Source: an uncultured Flavobacteriaceae bacterium (lineage in GTDB: Bacteria; Bacteroidota; Bacteroidia; Flavobacteriales; Flavobacteriaceae). From it: 52,468 nucleotides of DNA. The position numbers were made by a program, and so were the translations under genes. Of the stretch, positions 20,594 to 29,878 are shown in pieces (the stretch's first letter is position 1; the number at the start of each line of letters is the position of its first letter). A model generated the notes under the pieces. It saw nothing but the letters and a program-made list of their open reading frames with translations. It made no database searches and was not told the DNA's origin. Location of the stretch: positions 1-52,468 of the forward strand of contig CAYGUO010000001.1 of NCBI GenBank assembly GCA_964353095.1, given 5' to 3'.

Positions 20594-23026
20594 TCACTCT
20601 GTGCGTAAACTTTTTACGGGGTTTGCCCTTGCTGCCTTTAACGCTTGAATGCCAATGGTCAAGGACGCTATAAGAATGGAAATCCCTCCCGCCAATACCC
20701 ATAACCAAAAGGATAAGGGTATACGATAAGCAAAACTTTGAAGCCAAAAATCAGCTGCAAACCAAGCAACGGGAGCTACTATTACAAAAGCGATACCTAC
20801 CAGTTTCATAAAACCGGTGGTGTTCAACCTTACTATTTGTACAACCGTCGCCCCTAGCACTTTTCTAACCCCAATTTCCTTAACACGTTGATTTATAGCT
20901 AGGCGAGCCATGCCCAACAAACCCATGCAGCAGATCAGTAAAGAAAGCACCGTAGCTATATTTACCAGTTTTTGCCATTGCTGTTCTTTTTCGTATTGTT
21001 TGGTATTCTGCACAGTTAAAAAATCGTAGGCAAAGACCGCCTTTGGCATTATAGTCTTGTACACTTTTTCCAACGCCTGTATGGCTTCCTTTTGTTTTGA
21101 CTTTTGAAACTTAACCAAGATATCGCCAATAGGAACTTGCAACATAGACATGGCCATAGGGGCTATAGGCTCCCTTAATGAACCAAAATGAAAGTCTTTC
21201 ACCACTCCAATTATGGTTTTATTCTGATTTCCTTCATCATTTTCAATAAGTCCTATCCTTTGCCCTATGGGTTCGGATAAATTGAATTCTTTTACGAAAG
21301 TTTCGTTCACAATCACTGAATTGGTAGGGTCGGTTGCAAAATCATTAGAAAAATTACGCCCCAAGAGTATTGGAATCTTAACATCGGGCAAGTAGTTTTC
21401 ATCTGCCTGCATGAAAGCGGTTTCGATTTGCCGGTCGTTGATGGTTACCCCGGTCGAAAAGTAATTACGGGCGTAAGAAACAGAGGCTATTGCAGCTTGT
21501 TTCGACAATTCTTGTTTTAATACTTTGCCAATGGCGTCAAAATCCCTGTTCCCTGAAATAGTGGTGGTAATGATTTGGTTGGGGTTGTAGCCTAAATCTT
21601 TGGTACGTATATAATCCATCTGCGAATGGAAAACGATTGTTGCAATGAGTAAAAATATTCCCAAGGAAAATTGAAAGACAACCAAACCACGGCCGGCTAC
21701 ATTCCTCTTGTTCCATTTCAACTTATTATAAAGGACTTCTGATGGCTTTAGCTTGGAAAGTACAAAAGCGGGATAAAGACCGGTAATTAAGATACCCACC
21801 GCAAAAGTTAAAAATAGGAAGCCTCCGGATTCAAGATTGAGCAATTGGACAAACTCAAACTGTTTACCGGTCAAAGCATTGAAAAATGGGGTCAGTAGCT
21901 TTAGTGATACCATAGTAACTAAAAATGAAATCCCACAAAGCAAGGCCGATTCCATAAGGAATTGAAAAACGATTTGAGTCGTATTGCCCCCTGTTATTTT
22001 TCTAACCCCTATTTCTTTTGCTCTTTTTATGGCCGAGGCGATACTTATATTGATAAAATTAATGGCCGCCATGATTAAAATAAGTAGGGCAATGGCAGCA
22101 AAAACAATGGAATAGATCGGGTTGCTCGCATTTACCCCAGCACCCGATTCAATACTGAAATTGTCACCGCTTAAAAGCGGATTTAGGTGTATGTCTTCGA
22201 TGTTCTGTAACCCATAGCTGATGTTGGAATTGAAACCATAACGCGCCATTTCCTGTGCTACTTGATCCTTGGCATATACATCAAATACACGATCAAATTT
22301 TTGTATCACCGCTTCTAGGTTGGAAGAAGGTTCCAAGACCACAAAGGTTCCCAAATACGCATTGAGCCAATTGGCATCTACAAAAGAAAGTTCTAAAAAA
22401 CTGAATGGGAGTAAAACCTCAAATTGAATGGAAGAATTTTTAGGAGCATCTTTGACAACGGCAGAAATCACCAAAGGTTTTTTTAAACGTTGAAAAGATG
22501 GGTCATTGTTCATTTGCAATACCTCACCGACCACATTGGTGGAATTGAAAAGTCGCATCGCTGTACTTTCTGAAATTACTACCGAATTCAGCTCGGCTAG
22601 TGCCGCAGTATTATCGCCATGGACTAATGGGAAGGTAAAGACATCAAAGAAATTAGGATCTACAAAAAGGATATTTAAGCTAAGGGTCTTATCTTCTGTC
22701 GTAACCTCGTTGTAGATTTCACCGCCCATCACACGAACATATTGCTGTATTTCAGGTATGGCATCCTTGAAGGCCTTCCCTTGAACCTGTCCGGTTGCAC
22801 CAACGGTTTTTGCGATGCCCCCTTTATGTTCCACAAAATTCGTGGTAACCCTATATAAATTGGGGTTGTTGGTATGAAAATCATCAAAATGATGTTCGTC
22901 GTTCCAATAGATTCCAGCAAAGAGCAGACATATCATGGCCACGGCCATTCCTATGATATTTATCAAGGAATAAAACGTATTGTTCCTAAGGTTTCTCCAA
23001 GCGATTTTTATATAGTTTTGGAGCAT
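20594..23026 (-). CDS. ABC transporter permease, duplicated MacB-PCD/FtsX type (copy 3)
   Basis: 810 aa. Motifs RAKEIGVRKITGG and RVKEIGVRKVLGA; ends NPVKSLRTE. Confidence 0.93.
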   Translation of the reverse strand: MLQNYIKIAWRNLRNNTFYSLINIIGMAVAMICLLFAGIYWNDEHHFDDFHTNNPNLYRVTTNFVEHKGGIAKTVGATGQVQGKAFKDAIPEIQQYVRVMGGEIYNEVTTEDKTLSLNILFVDPNFFDVFTFPLVHGDNTAALAELNSVVISESTAMRLFNSTNVVGEVLQMNNDPSFQRLKKPLVISAVVKDAPKNSSIQFEVLLPFSFLELSFVDANWLNAYLGTFVVLEPSSNLEAVIQKFDRVFDVYAKDQVAQEMARYGFNSNISYGLQNIEDIHLNPLLSGDNFSIESGAGVNASNPIYSIVFAAIALLILIMAAINFINISIASAIKRAKEIGVRKITGGNTTQIVFQFLMESALLCGISFLVTMVSLKLLTPFFNALTGKQFEFVQLLNLESGGFLFLTFAVGILITGLYPAFVLSKLKPSEVLYNKLKWNKRNVAGRGLVVFQFSLGIFLLIATIVFHSQMDYIRTKDLGYNPNQIITTTISGNRDFDAIGKVLKQELSKQAAIASVSYARNYFSTGVTINDRQIETAFMQADENYLPDVKIPILLGRNFSNDFATDPTNSVIVNETFVKEFNLSEPIGQRIGLIENDEGNQNKTIIGVVKDFHFGSLREPIAPMAMSMLQVPIGDILVKFQKSKQKEAIQALEKVYKTIMPKAVFAYDFLTVQNTKQYEKEQQWQKLVNIATVLSLLICCMGLLGMARLAINQRVKEIGVRKVLGATVVQIVRLNTTGFMKLVGIAFVIVAPVAWFAADFWLQSFAYRIPLSFWLWVLAGGISILIASLTIGIQALKAARANPVKSLRTE

Positions 23027-23061
23027 GATTCTCGTTTTTTAATTTTGATGATATCTCTGCT

Positions 23062-25422
23062 TCACTCCGTACGTAAACTTTTTACGGGGTTCACTATTGC
23101 TGCCTTTATGGCTTGATAACTTACCGTTAGCAATGCAATTGCCATTGCTAAAACACCCGCTAGGGCAAAAGTCCACCAAGAAATCGTTATTCGGTAAGCA
23201 AAATCTTCCAACCATTCACTCATAAAATACCATGAGATGGGTACTGCCACTACAATTGAAATAAGCACTAATTTCAAAAAATCCCTTGAGAGCAGCGTGG
23301 TGATACTTTGAACCGATGCTCCCAACACTTTTCTGATGCCTATTTCCTTTATTCTATTTTCTGCCATATAACTGGCGAGTCCAAAAAGTCCAAGGCACGA
23401 AATAAAAATGGTCATCAAAGTAAATAGATTTACAAGGGTACCCGTTTGTTTTTCATCGTTAAATTTCTTAGCATAGGCTTGATCAACAAACTCGTATTCA
23501 AAGGTATATTCAGGATTGAATTTTTGGAAAATCGCCTCAGAAGTAGCTAGAGCATCCTTAGTTTCAAGTTCATTGTTGAATTTAATATGAATTACATTGA
23601 ACCAAGCTCGCGCGCCTTCTATTACCATAGGCTTTACTTTTTGAAATGGGGAGTCCATCACAAAGTCTTTTACCACGCCGATAACATGCCAATCCGTACC
23701 ATTATCCTTTATAATTTCGCCAACTGGATCCTCAAAATCCATGAGTGCAACAGCAGATTCATTGAGAATTATTGCGGTGGAATCTGTCGGATGTTTGTCC
23801 AGATCAAAATCCCTGCCTGTAATCAAGTTTAAGCCAAAGGTCTTTGCCACGGCATCATCTGCCGGAAGCCTATAGACCAATATTTTATTATCTTCATCTT
23901 TTCCCTTCCATTCCAATCCCCATGAGTTGCTCCAAGTTTCGGTAATGGGTGACCCCGTTTTTGTTACTGATACTGCTGCACCTGATGCTAATAACTCTTT
24001 TTTTATTAAGGGATAGTTCTTTTCCATATCGCCCTCCATCATGGTGTAGATAAGGTTGTTTTTTGAATAGCCGGTTTGTCGGTCTTGTACCCTTTTCAAC
24101 TGTTGGCTTATAATGATACTTGCGGTAATTAAGATGATGGCCGCTGAAAATTGCAACACTACCAATACTTTTCTAGGCGTAATTACGGTATTCATTTTCT
24201 TGAAGGTGCCTTTTAGAACAGCAGAAGGCTTAAAGCCTGAAAGATATAGTGCGGGATAACTACCTGCTATGATACCAGTGAGCAAAACGACGACAAGGGC
24301 GGCTATCCAGAAACTAGTATTGGCCATATCTAAGGATAATGGTTTTTCTATAAGCTCACCAAAAGCGGGCAAAACAATCAGTAAGAACAGCAGTGCCAAT
24401 AATCCTGAAAGAGAAGATATTAGAATAGATTCGCCTAAAAATTGACCTATAATCGCTGCTTTTTTTGCTCCAACAACTTTGCGAATCCCTACTTCTTTAG
24501 CCCTTTTTTCACTGCGGGCCGTACTTAAGTTCATAAAGTTGATACAGGCAATCATTAAGATGATAATTGCGATAATGCCAAACATTCGAATCAAATCAAT
24601 ACGCCCGCCAACTTCTTTTCCATTTTCAAATTCTGAGTACAACCAATATCTTGACCAAGGATATAAAAAGGTGACCATGTCTGGCGACTCTTTATCGTAA
24701 GCCTTTCGCAAGGTTTTTATTTTTGTTGCGAAGTTTTGATAGTCCGTACCTTCTTTTAGCAAAACATACGTGGCTATAGAGTTGTTTCCCCAGTTTTCGT
24801 CATCCCATCCTTTTTGGTGGATATAGGCCCAGGGAATCAAGAATTCAAAATTAAAGCCTGTATTGTTCGGAAGGTCTTTTAAAATTCCTGAAACAATAAA
24901 ACTATCTTGATTATCTATTTTCACCATTTGCCCAACAGCGGGTTTATTGCCAAACATTTTTTTAGCCAAGCTTTCAGTGATCACAACAGAATTGACATCT
25001 TCTAATACGGTAGCCATATCGCCCTCCAACAATGGGAAGGTGAATATGTCCAGAAAGTCAGGATCGACAACAGTGCCTACGGACTTTATTCTTTTTTCAT
25101 CTTTTGCAAAAAGAAATTCGGTGTCATAAAAGTAGCGAGACACGCTTTCGACTTCAGGATAATCATTTTTGATTGTTGGCCCCATAATTTTTGGGGTAGA
25201 ATTCCATGTCCACAGTTCGCCATCAACAGGCGACTGGTTATAGACTTGGTAAATACGGTCTTTTTTCTCGTGAAACTGATCAATACCCATCTCAAAGTTG
25301 ATCCATATTAAAATCAGCCCCGTTACTGCTAAACCTATGGATAAGCCAACGATATTCAGAAAGGAAAAGCTCTTGTTACGGAGCAGGTTCCGCCATGCAA
25401 TTTTTAGATAGTTTTTGAACAT
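23062..25422 (-). CDS. ABC transporter permease, duplicated MacB-PCD/FtsX type (copy 2)
   Basis: 786 aa. Motifs RAKEVGIRKVVGA and RIKEIGIRKVLGA; ends NPVKSLRTE. Confidence 0.93.
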   Translation of the reverse strand: MFKNYLKIAWRNLLRNKSFSFLNIVGLSIGLAVTGLILIWINFEMGIDQFHEKKDRIYQVYNQSPVDGELWTWNSTPKIMGPTIKNDYPEVESVSRYFYDTEFLFAKDEKRIKSVGTVVDPDFLDIFTFPLLEGDMATVLEDVNSVVITESLAKKMFGNKPAVGQMVKIDNQDSFIVSGILKDLPNNTGFNFEFLIPWAYIHQKGWDDENWGNNSIATYVLLKEGTDYQNFATKIKTLRKAYDKESPDMVTFLYPWSRYWLYSEFENGKEVGGRIDLIRMFGIIAIIILMIACINFMNLSTARSEKRAKEVGIRKVVGAKKAAIIGQFLGESILISSLSGLLALLFLLIVLPAFGELIEKPLSLDMANTSFWIAALVVVLLTGIIAGSYPALYLSGFKPSAVLKGTFKKMNTVITPRKVLVVLQFSAAIILITASIIISQQLKRVQDRQTGYSKNNLIYTMMEGDMEKNYPLIKKELLASGAAVSVTKTGSPITETWSNSWGLEWKGKDEDNKILVYRLPADDAVAKTFGLNLITGRDFDLDKHPTDSTAIILNESAVALMDFEDPVGEIIKDNGTDWHVIGVVKDFVMDSPFQKVKPMVIEGARAWFNVIHIKFNNELETKDALATSEAIFQKFNPEYTFEYEFVDQAYAKKFNDEKQTGTLVNLFTLMTIFISCLGLFGLASYMAENRIKEIGIRKVLGASVQSITTLLSRDFLKLVLISIVVAVPISWYFMSEWLEDFAYRITISWWTFALAGVLAMAIALLTVSYQAIKAAIVNPVKSLRTE

Positions 25423-25461
25423 GATTCTCAGGTTTAAGTTTTGATAGCTTGCGCGGTTATT

Positions 25462-27864
25462 TCACTCTGTACGTAAACTTTTTACGGGGTCGTTATTGGC
25501 AGACTTAAAGGCATGGAAGCCCACGGTAACAATTGCAATAGAGAGTGCTATTGCCCCAGCAAGAACAAATACCCACCATTCCACATCAATGCTATAGGCA
25601 TATTCATTAAGCCATTGTCCCATAGCATACCAAGAAAAGGGTATGGCAATGAGAATGGCGATACCTACCAGTTTAATAAAATCTTTGGACAAAAGGGTGA
25701 TTATTGTGGAGACTTCAGCCCCTAAAACCTTTCTAATGCCAATTTCTTTTGTGCGTAGCATGGCACTATAAGTTGCCAACCCAAATAGGCCCAGGCAAGC
25801 AATAAATATGGCCAAACAAGAAAATATGGTAAATAATTTTCTAAATCGCATGTCTGCAACGTATTGCTTATTAAAAGCATCATCCAAGAAGCTATATAAA
25901 AACGGTCGATGCGGAGCGAGTTGACGCCATTTGTTTTCTATAGTTGCTATCGCTTCTTTATAATTAGTTGAGCTGATACGCAAGGAAAGGTATCTTCCGT
26001 AGGCAACTTGCCTTAATGTAAGCGGTGCAACCTCTGAGTGAAGTGATATATAGTTAAAATCTTTGACTACCCCGACAACAGTACCTTCACGCCCCCATTG
26101 TTGAAATTTTTTCCCGATGATTTGATTTGGCTCAGTGTACCCAAATGCTTTTACAGCCGCCTCATTGACAATGAGCGAACTTGTGCTGTCAGCCGGAAAA
26201 TCTGGAGAGAATGCCCTGCCGGCAACAACATCAATTTTATAATGTTGAATGAAATTATTGTCGACTTCATAGATGTAAGGCGAAAAGTTTTCCATATTTC
26301 CCTCGTAGGTTTCTATGTCCGTTCCCGCTGCGGGGAAGTGACTGCTCGGCACAGTTCTAGAGAGGGAAACTGAGCTAACATCAGCTAGTGCCAAAAGCTC
26401 TCCTTTAATTGCCTCAACGTTGTTCAATACCTCACCGTCCCAATTAAAATCCAATATCAACTGTTGTTCCTTATCAAAGCCCATATCCTTATTTAGCATA
26501 AACCCGAGTTGGTTGTATACCACCACCGTACTGGCAATAAGCGCAATGGATATACTAAATTGAAGTACGACCAAGCCTTTTCTAAGGTTTGCCCCTTGAG
26601 CAGAGGTCCTAAAGGCTCCTTTCAGCACACTAACAGGTCTAAATCCAGAAAGAATAAAGGCAGGATAACTACCAGAGATAAGTCCGGTCAATAAGGTCGT
26701 TCCAAAATAAAGTATAAGAATAGGAGCGGTCAAAAAAGAGACCATCGTAAATGTCTTATCCGTTAGGGAGCTCAACCATGGCAAGCCTAAAAATGCAAGA
26801 ACAAGACCGAGGAGTGATGCGAATAGCACCAAAATCAATGATTCCCCCAGAAATTGATAAATAAGCCCCCTTCGTTCTGCACCGATGACTTTTCGTATCC
26901 CTACTTCTTTCGCCCTTTCCAAGGAACGGGCCGTGGCCAAATTCATAAAATTGATGCTGGCGATTACAAGAATAAACAGCCCTATTAGGGCAAATATGTA
27001 GATGTTGGACAAACTACCTGTTTCACCCGGTTGACGATCTGCGGTGGAATACAGATAAATTTCATTCATGGACTCCAAAGAGAAGTTGTAATAATATTCT
27101 TCGGCTTCTTCTGGATCAAGATGTTTTTCTAAAAAACTTGGAATCTTGGACTCAAATGCAGCTTGATTAAAGTTCTCAGCAACCAAGAGATATGTATAGA
27201 AATCAACATAACCCCACCATTCAAAAATCTCAGATCTGCTCTGCTGAAAACTGCTCATGGACATGAGTACGTCAAAATCAAAATGGGAATTTTGAGGAAT
27301 ATCTTTGATAATGCCCGTTACCGTGTATGTTCCATCCGCAGCCCTGCCGCCAATGCCCTCTATGGTTTTGCCGACAGGATTTTCATTTCCAAAGTATTTT
27401 TTTGCCGTTGTTTCGGTAAGAACAATGGAATAAGGAGCTTCTAACGCGGTTTTTGCATCTCCATTCAATAATGGCCAACTGAACACATTAAAAACGGAAG
27501 CATCTGCGTAGAAGCACTCCCCTTCTTGAAATTTGCGATTGTTGTACTCCAAAAGGATATCACTTCTTCCCGAAAACTGAGCCTTTTCAATAATTTCTGG
27601 AAAATCAGATTTTAGTGCAGGACCAATCGGAGCATTGCCCCATACCCAGGCATCATCTGTATTATCAGCGTTTGAATGATGAATCACCCTATAAATGGAA
27701 TCTTTCTTTTCGTGGTAGGTGTCGTAAGAAAGCTCGTTCGATATAAAAATGGCAATCAAAAGAAAACAGGCAAGGCCAATGGCTAAACCACCAATATTGA
27801 TGATGGAATAGCTCTTGTTTTTTAAAAGGTTCCTCCATGCGATTTTAAAATAGTTCTTAAACAT
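25462..27864 (-). CDS. ABC transporter permease, duplicated MacB-PCD/FtsX type (copy 1)
   Basis: 800 aa. Motifs RAKEVGIRKVIGA and RTKEIGIRKVLGA; ends DPVKSLRTE. Confidence 0.93.
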   Translation of the reverse strand: MFKNYFKIAWRNLLKNKSYSIINIGGLAIGLACFLLIAIFISNELSYDTYHEKKDSIYRVIHHSNADNTDDAWVWGNAPIGPALKSDFPEIIEKAQFSGRSDILLEYNNRKFQEGECFYADASVFNVFSWPLLNGDAKTALEAPYSIVLTETTAKKYFGNENPVGKTIEGIGGRAADGTYTVTGIIKDIPQNSHFDFDVLMSMSSFQQSRSEIFEWWGYVDFYTYLLVAENFNQAAFESKIPSFLEKHLDPEEAEEYYYNFSLESMNEIYLYSTADRQPGETGSLSNIYIFALIGLFILVIASINFMNLATARSLERAKEVGIRKVIGAERRGLIYQFLGESLILVLFASLLGLVLAFLGLPWLSSLTDKTFTMVSFLTAPILILYFGTTLLTGLISGSYPAFILSGFRPVSVLKGAFRTSAQGANLRKGLVVLQFSISIALIASTVVVYNQLGFMLNKDMGFDKEQQLILDFNWDGEVLNNVEAIKGELLALADVSSVSLSRTVPSSHFPAAGTDIETYEGNMENFSPYIYEVDNNFIQHYKIDVVAGRAFSPDFPADSTSSLIVNEAAVKAFGYTEPNQIIGKKFQQWGREGTVVGVVKDFNYISLHSEVAPLTLRQVAYGRYLSLRISSTNYKEAIATIENKWRQLAPHRPFLYSFLDDAFNKQYVADMRFRKLFTIFSCLAIFIACLGLFGLATYSAMLRTKEIGIRKVLGAEVSTIITLLSKDFIKLVGIAILIAIPFSWYAMGQWLNEYAYSIDVEWWVFVLAGAIALSIAIVTVGFHAFKSANNDPVKSLRTE

Positions 27865-27867
27865 GAC

Positions 27868-28653
27868 TTAATTGATTTTTTGGATAGTAGCCTCACCGAT
27901 AACAATTCCTTTTTTAATTTCAGGAGAACCTTCATAGGCAATAGTCGCTTCGCCAAAAGCGGTAACCTTTAATCTGTCACTTACGGCTATACGATAACTT
28001 CCTTCACCATAGGCAGTGATTTTAACGCTATTGGTAGCGACATTGAGGGTATTGATCTTGGTTTCTCCGTAGGCAGTGATTTTCTGCTTATCAATATTTC
28101 CGTTTTTAAGCTCTAAATAACTTTCTCCGTAGATGGTGGTTGTTAAATTTTCTAAATGTACTTCATGGAAATACACTTCGGTTTCTCCAAATAGTTTAAG
28201 GGCAAATTCGGGTTGATTTAAAGGACTTTTGCAGACATATCGTTCCTCACCTCTAAGGGAGAGCTCTTCGAGCTGTTTATAGTTGACCGTTGCAGTAACT
28301 ACGGTGCCTTTATAAATTGGGTTATTGTAACTATAATTGTCACCTTTTACCTTTTCATTGTCAGTGTATGTTTTTGCACCATCCAAATAAATACGGAGGG
28401 TAGCACCTACAACCTCAATGTTCAATTTACCAATGGGTTCTGTGCTCGTATGGACTTCTACGATTTCTGAAGCACCTTCAACAAATGTTACCGTTATATG
28501 TGGACTGACAATTACTTTGTCAAAGTGGTCTACGGTGACACTTTTAAGTTGCCCAAAGGAACTCATGGAGAATAATGCCAAACTGGTGATGAACAGTTTG
28601 GTGCTGAACTTTTTGATACTTCGACTACGTTCAGTACAGATTGATGATTTCAT
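27868..28653 (-). CDS. DUF2807 / head GIN domain protein with signal peptide
   Basis: 261 aa. FDKVIVSPHITVTFVEG N-domain, repeated (A/I)YGE beta-helix coils and a C-terminal YEGSP. The N-terminus carries a repeat-derived CTERSRSI segment. Confidence 0.8.
   Translation of the reverse strand: MKSSICTERSRSIKKFSTKLFITSLALFSMSSFGQLKSVTVDHFDKVIVSPHITVTFVEGASEIVEVHTSTEPIGKLNIEVVGATLRIYLDGAKTYTDNEKVKGDNYSYNNPIYKGTVVTATVNYKQLEELSLRGEERYVCKSPLNQPEFALKLFGETEVYFHEVHLENLTTTIYGESYLELKNGNIDKQKITAYGETKINTLNVATNSVKITAYGEGSYRIAVSDRLKVTAFGEATIAYEGSPEIKKGIVIGEATIQKIN
28618..28640. repeat. 23-bp REP-like element, family B, in frame within a coding sequence
   Basis: Minus strand TCTGTACTGAACGTAGTCGAAGT between ATCATCAA and ATCAAAAA; encodes CTERSRS. 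Confidence 0.72.
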
Positions 28654-28667
28654 GATTTTTTGTTTTT

Positions 28668-28699
28668 CCCTCCCCTAAACCCCTCTTGTGGAGGGGAAT
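28668..28699. repeat. REP-like palindrome, family A
   Basis: CCCTCCCCTAAACCCCTCTTGTGGAGGGGAAT; a partial inverted partner GGGAGTTAGGGGCTCCC lies at 28878-28894. Confidence 0.62.
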
Positions 28700-28894
28700 A
28701 AGTTTGGTGTTGATGAATAGACTCTGGCTTTTATTTCTTTAAAGCGTACTCTAATTAATAATGGTATGCGTTGTCAGCCCCACTGTTCTTATTGGTTCTC
28801 AGGAAGCCACTTCCCTCATCCGAATTGAGCAGCTTTTCCATATTCACTATAACAACCAGTTTAGAATTCTATCTTTTGGGAGTTAGGGGCTCCC

Positions 28895-29590
28895 TTATAT
28901 GGTTGCTCCGATAGCCCTATTTTGACTTTCTGTAACGACTTGGCCATCGAACAAGTTGACTATGCGGTGTGCATAATGTGAATCACGGTCTGAGTGCGTT
29001 ACCATTACTATGGTGGTACCCTCTTGATTAAGCTCCGTCAAAAGATTCATTACCTCAATTCCGTTTTTGGAATCCAAGTTACCCGTTGGCTCATCTGCTA
29101 AGATGAGTTTAGGGTTGGTGACTACTGCCCTGGAAATTGCGACACGCTGTTGCTGACCACCCGATAATTGTTGCGGAAAGTGTTTTTCCCTATGGGCAAT
29201 CTTCATACGCTCCAACACCTTCATTACTTTTTCTTTACGCTCAGCTTTTCCCATTTTCAAATAGATAAGCGGTAACTCTACATTCTCATAAACCGTCAGC
29301 TCATCAATTAGGTTAAAACTCTGGAATACAAAACCCAAGTTTCCTTTACGCAATTGAGTACGCTGACTTTCCTTTAGCCCTGCTACTTCATGACTTGCAA
29401 AATTATAACTGCCATCCGTAGGGTTGTCCAACATCCCAATGATGTTTAATAAAGTAGATTTACCACAACCTGATGGCCCCATAATGGCTACAAATTCTCC
29501 AGTTTCAACATGTAGATTCACATTGTTGAGTGCCAATGTTTCTACCTCTTCAGTTTTAAAGCTCTTTTTTAAATTTTTGATTGTTATCAT
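28895..29590 (-). CDS. ABC transporter ATP-binding protein, MacB/LolD (FtsE-like) family
   Basis: Walker A GPSGCGKST, Q-loop FVFQSFNL, signature LSGGQQQRV, Walker B ILADEPTGNLD, H-loop VTH. Confidence 0.96.
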   Translation of the reverse strand: MITIKNLKKSFKTEEVETLALNNVNLHVETGEFVAIMGPSGCGKSTLLNIIGMLDNPTDGSYNFASHEVAGLKESQRTQLRKGNLGFVFQSFNLIDELTVYENVELPLIYLKMGKAERKEKVMKVLERMKIAHREKHFPQQLSGGQQQRVAISRAVVTNPKLILADEPTGNLDSKNGIEVMNLLTELNQEGTTIVMVTHSDRDSHYAHRIVNLFDGQVVTESQNRAIGATI

Positions 29591-29642
29591 TGCTGTTTGT
29601 TTATTTCAATTGTTTAAAATTCATTTCAATACTTGATCCTAC

Positions 29643-29870
29643 ACCTCCCTCAGTCCCTCCTTTTTAGGAGGGAAGTCCCCTTTCCTCTAGGGAGAGGATT
29701 TAGGGGTAGGCACTCAGGGTGACCCAAAATTCAAATGACTACTATCCTAAGACAATAATTTTATAGTTCATCACTCCGCTTCTACTCCCTTCAACTGCGT
29801 TAAGGGTGACAGTTTTTTTACCCATTCAATTAAGCCCAACCATTCATTCCCCCTTTGGGGGCTAGGGGGC
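29643..29870. repeat. Cluster of REP-like palindromes (families A and B) between the adaptor and ATPase genes
   Basis: ACCTCCCTCAGTCCCTCCTTTTTAGGAGGGAAG; TCCCCTTTCCTCTAGGGAGAGGATTTAGGGGTAGG; CACTCAGGGTGAC; CCCTTCAACTGCGTTAAGGGTGACA; TCCCCCTTTGGGGGCTAGGGGGC. Confidence 0.7.
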
Positions 29871-29878
29871 TTGACTTT

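Noticed and set aside
20526-20747. 73-aa minus-strand ORF overlapping a permease 3' end
   Set aside because: Off-frame overlap running into a repeat; no recognisable features.
717-27444. Many short ORFs in the permease array, several with recurring RIPISL-like motifs
   Set aside because: Antisense or off-frame shadows; RIPISL is the reverse-complement reading of KEIGIR.
656-27864. Permease array as an integron, shufflon or diversity-generating retroelement
   Set aside because: No integrase, invertase or reverse transcriptase in the window; no attC-like structures; all genes share one orientation.
28654-29878. Palindrome clusters as a CRISPR array or tRNAs
   Set aside because: No regularly spaced identical repeats, no cas genes, no cloverleaf or T-loop motif.
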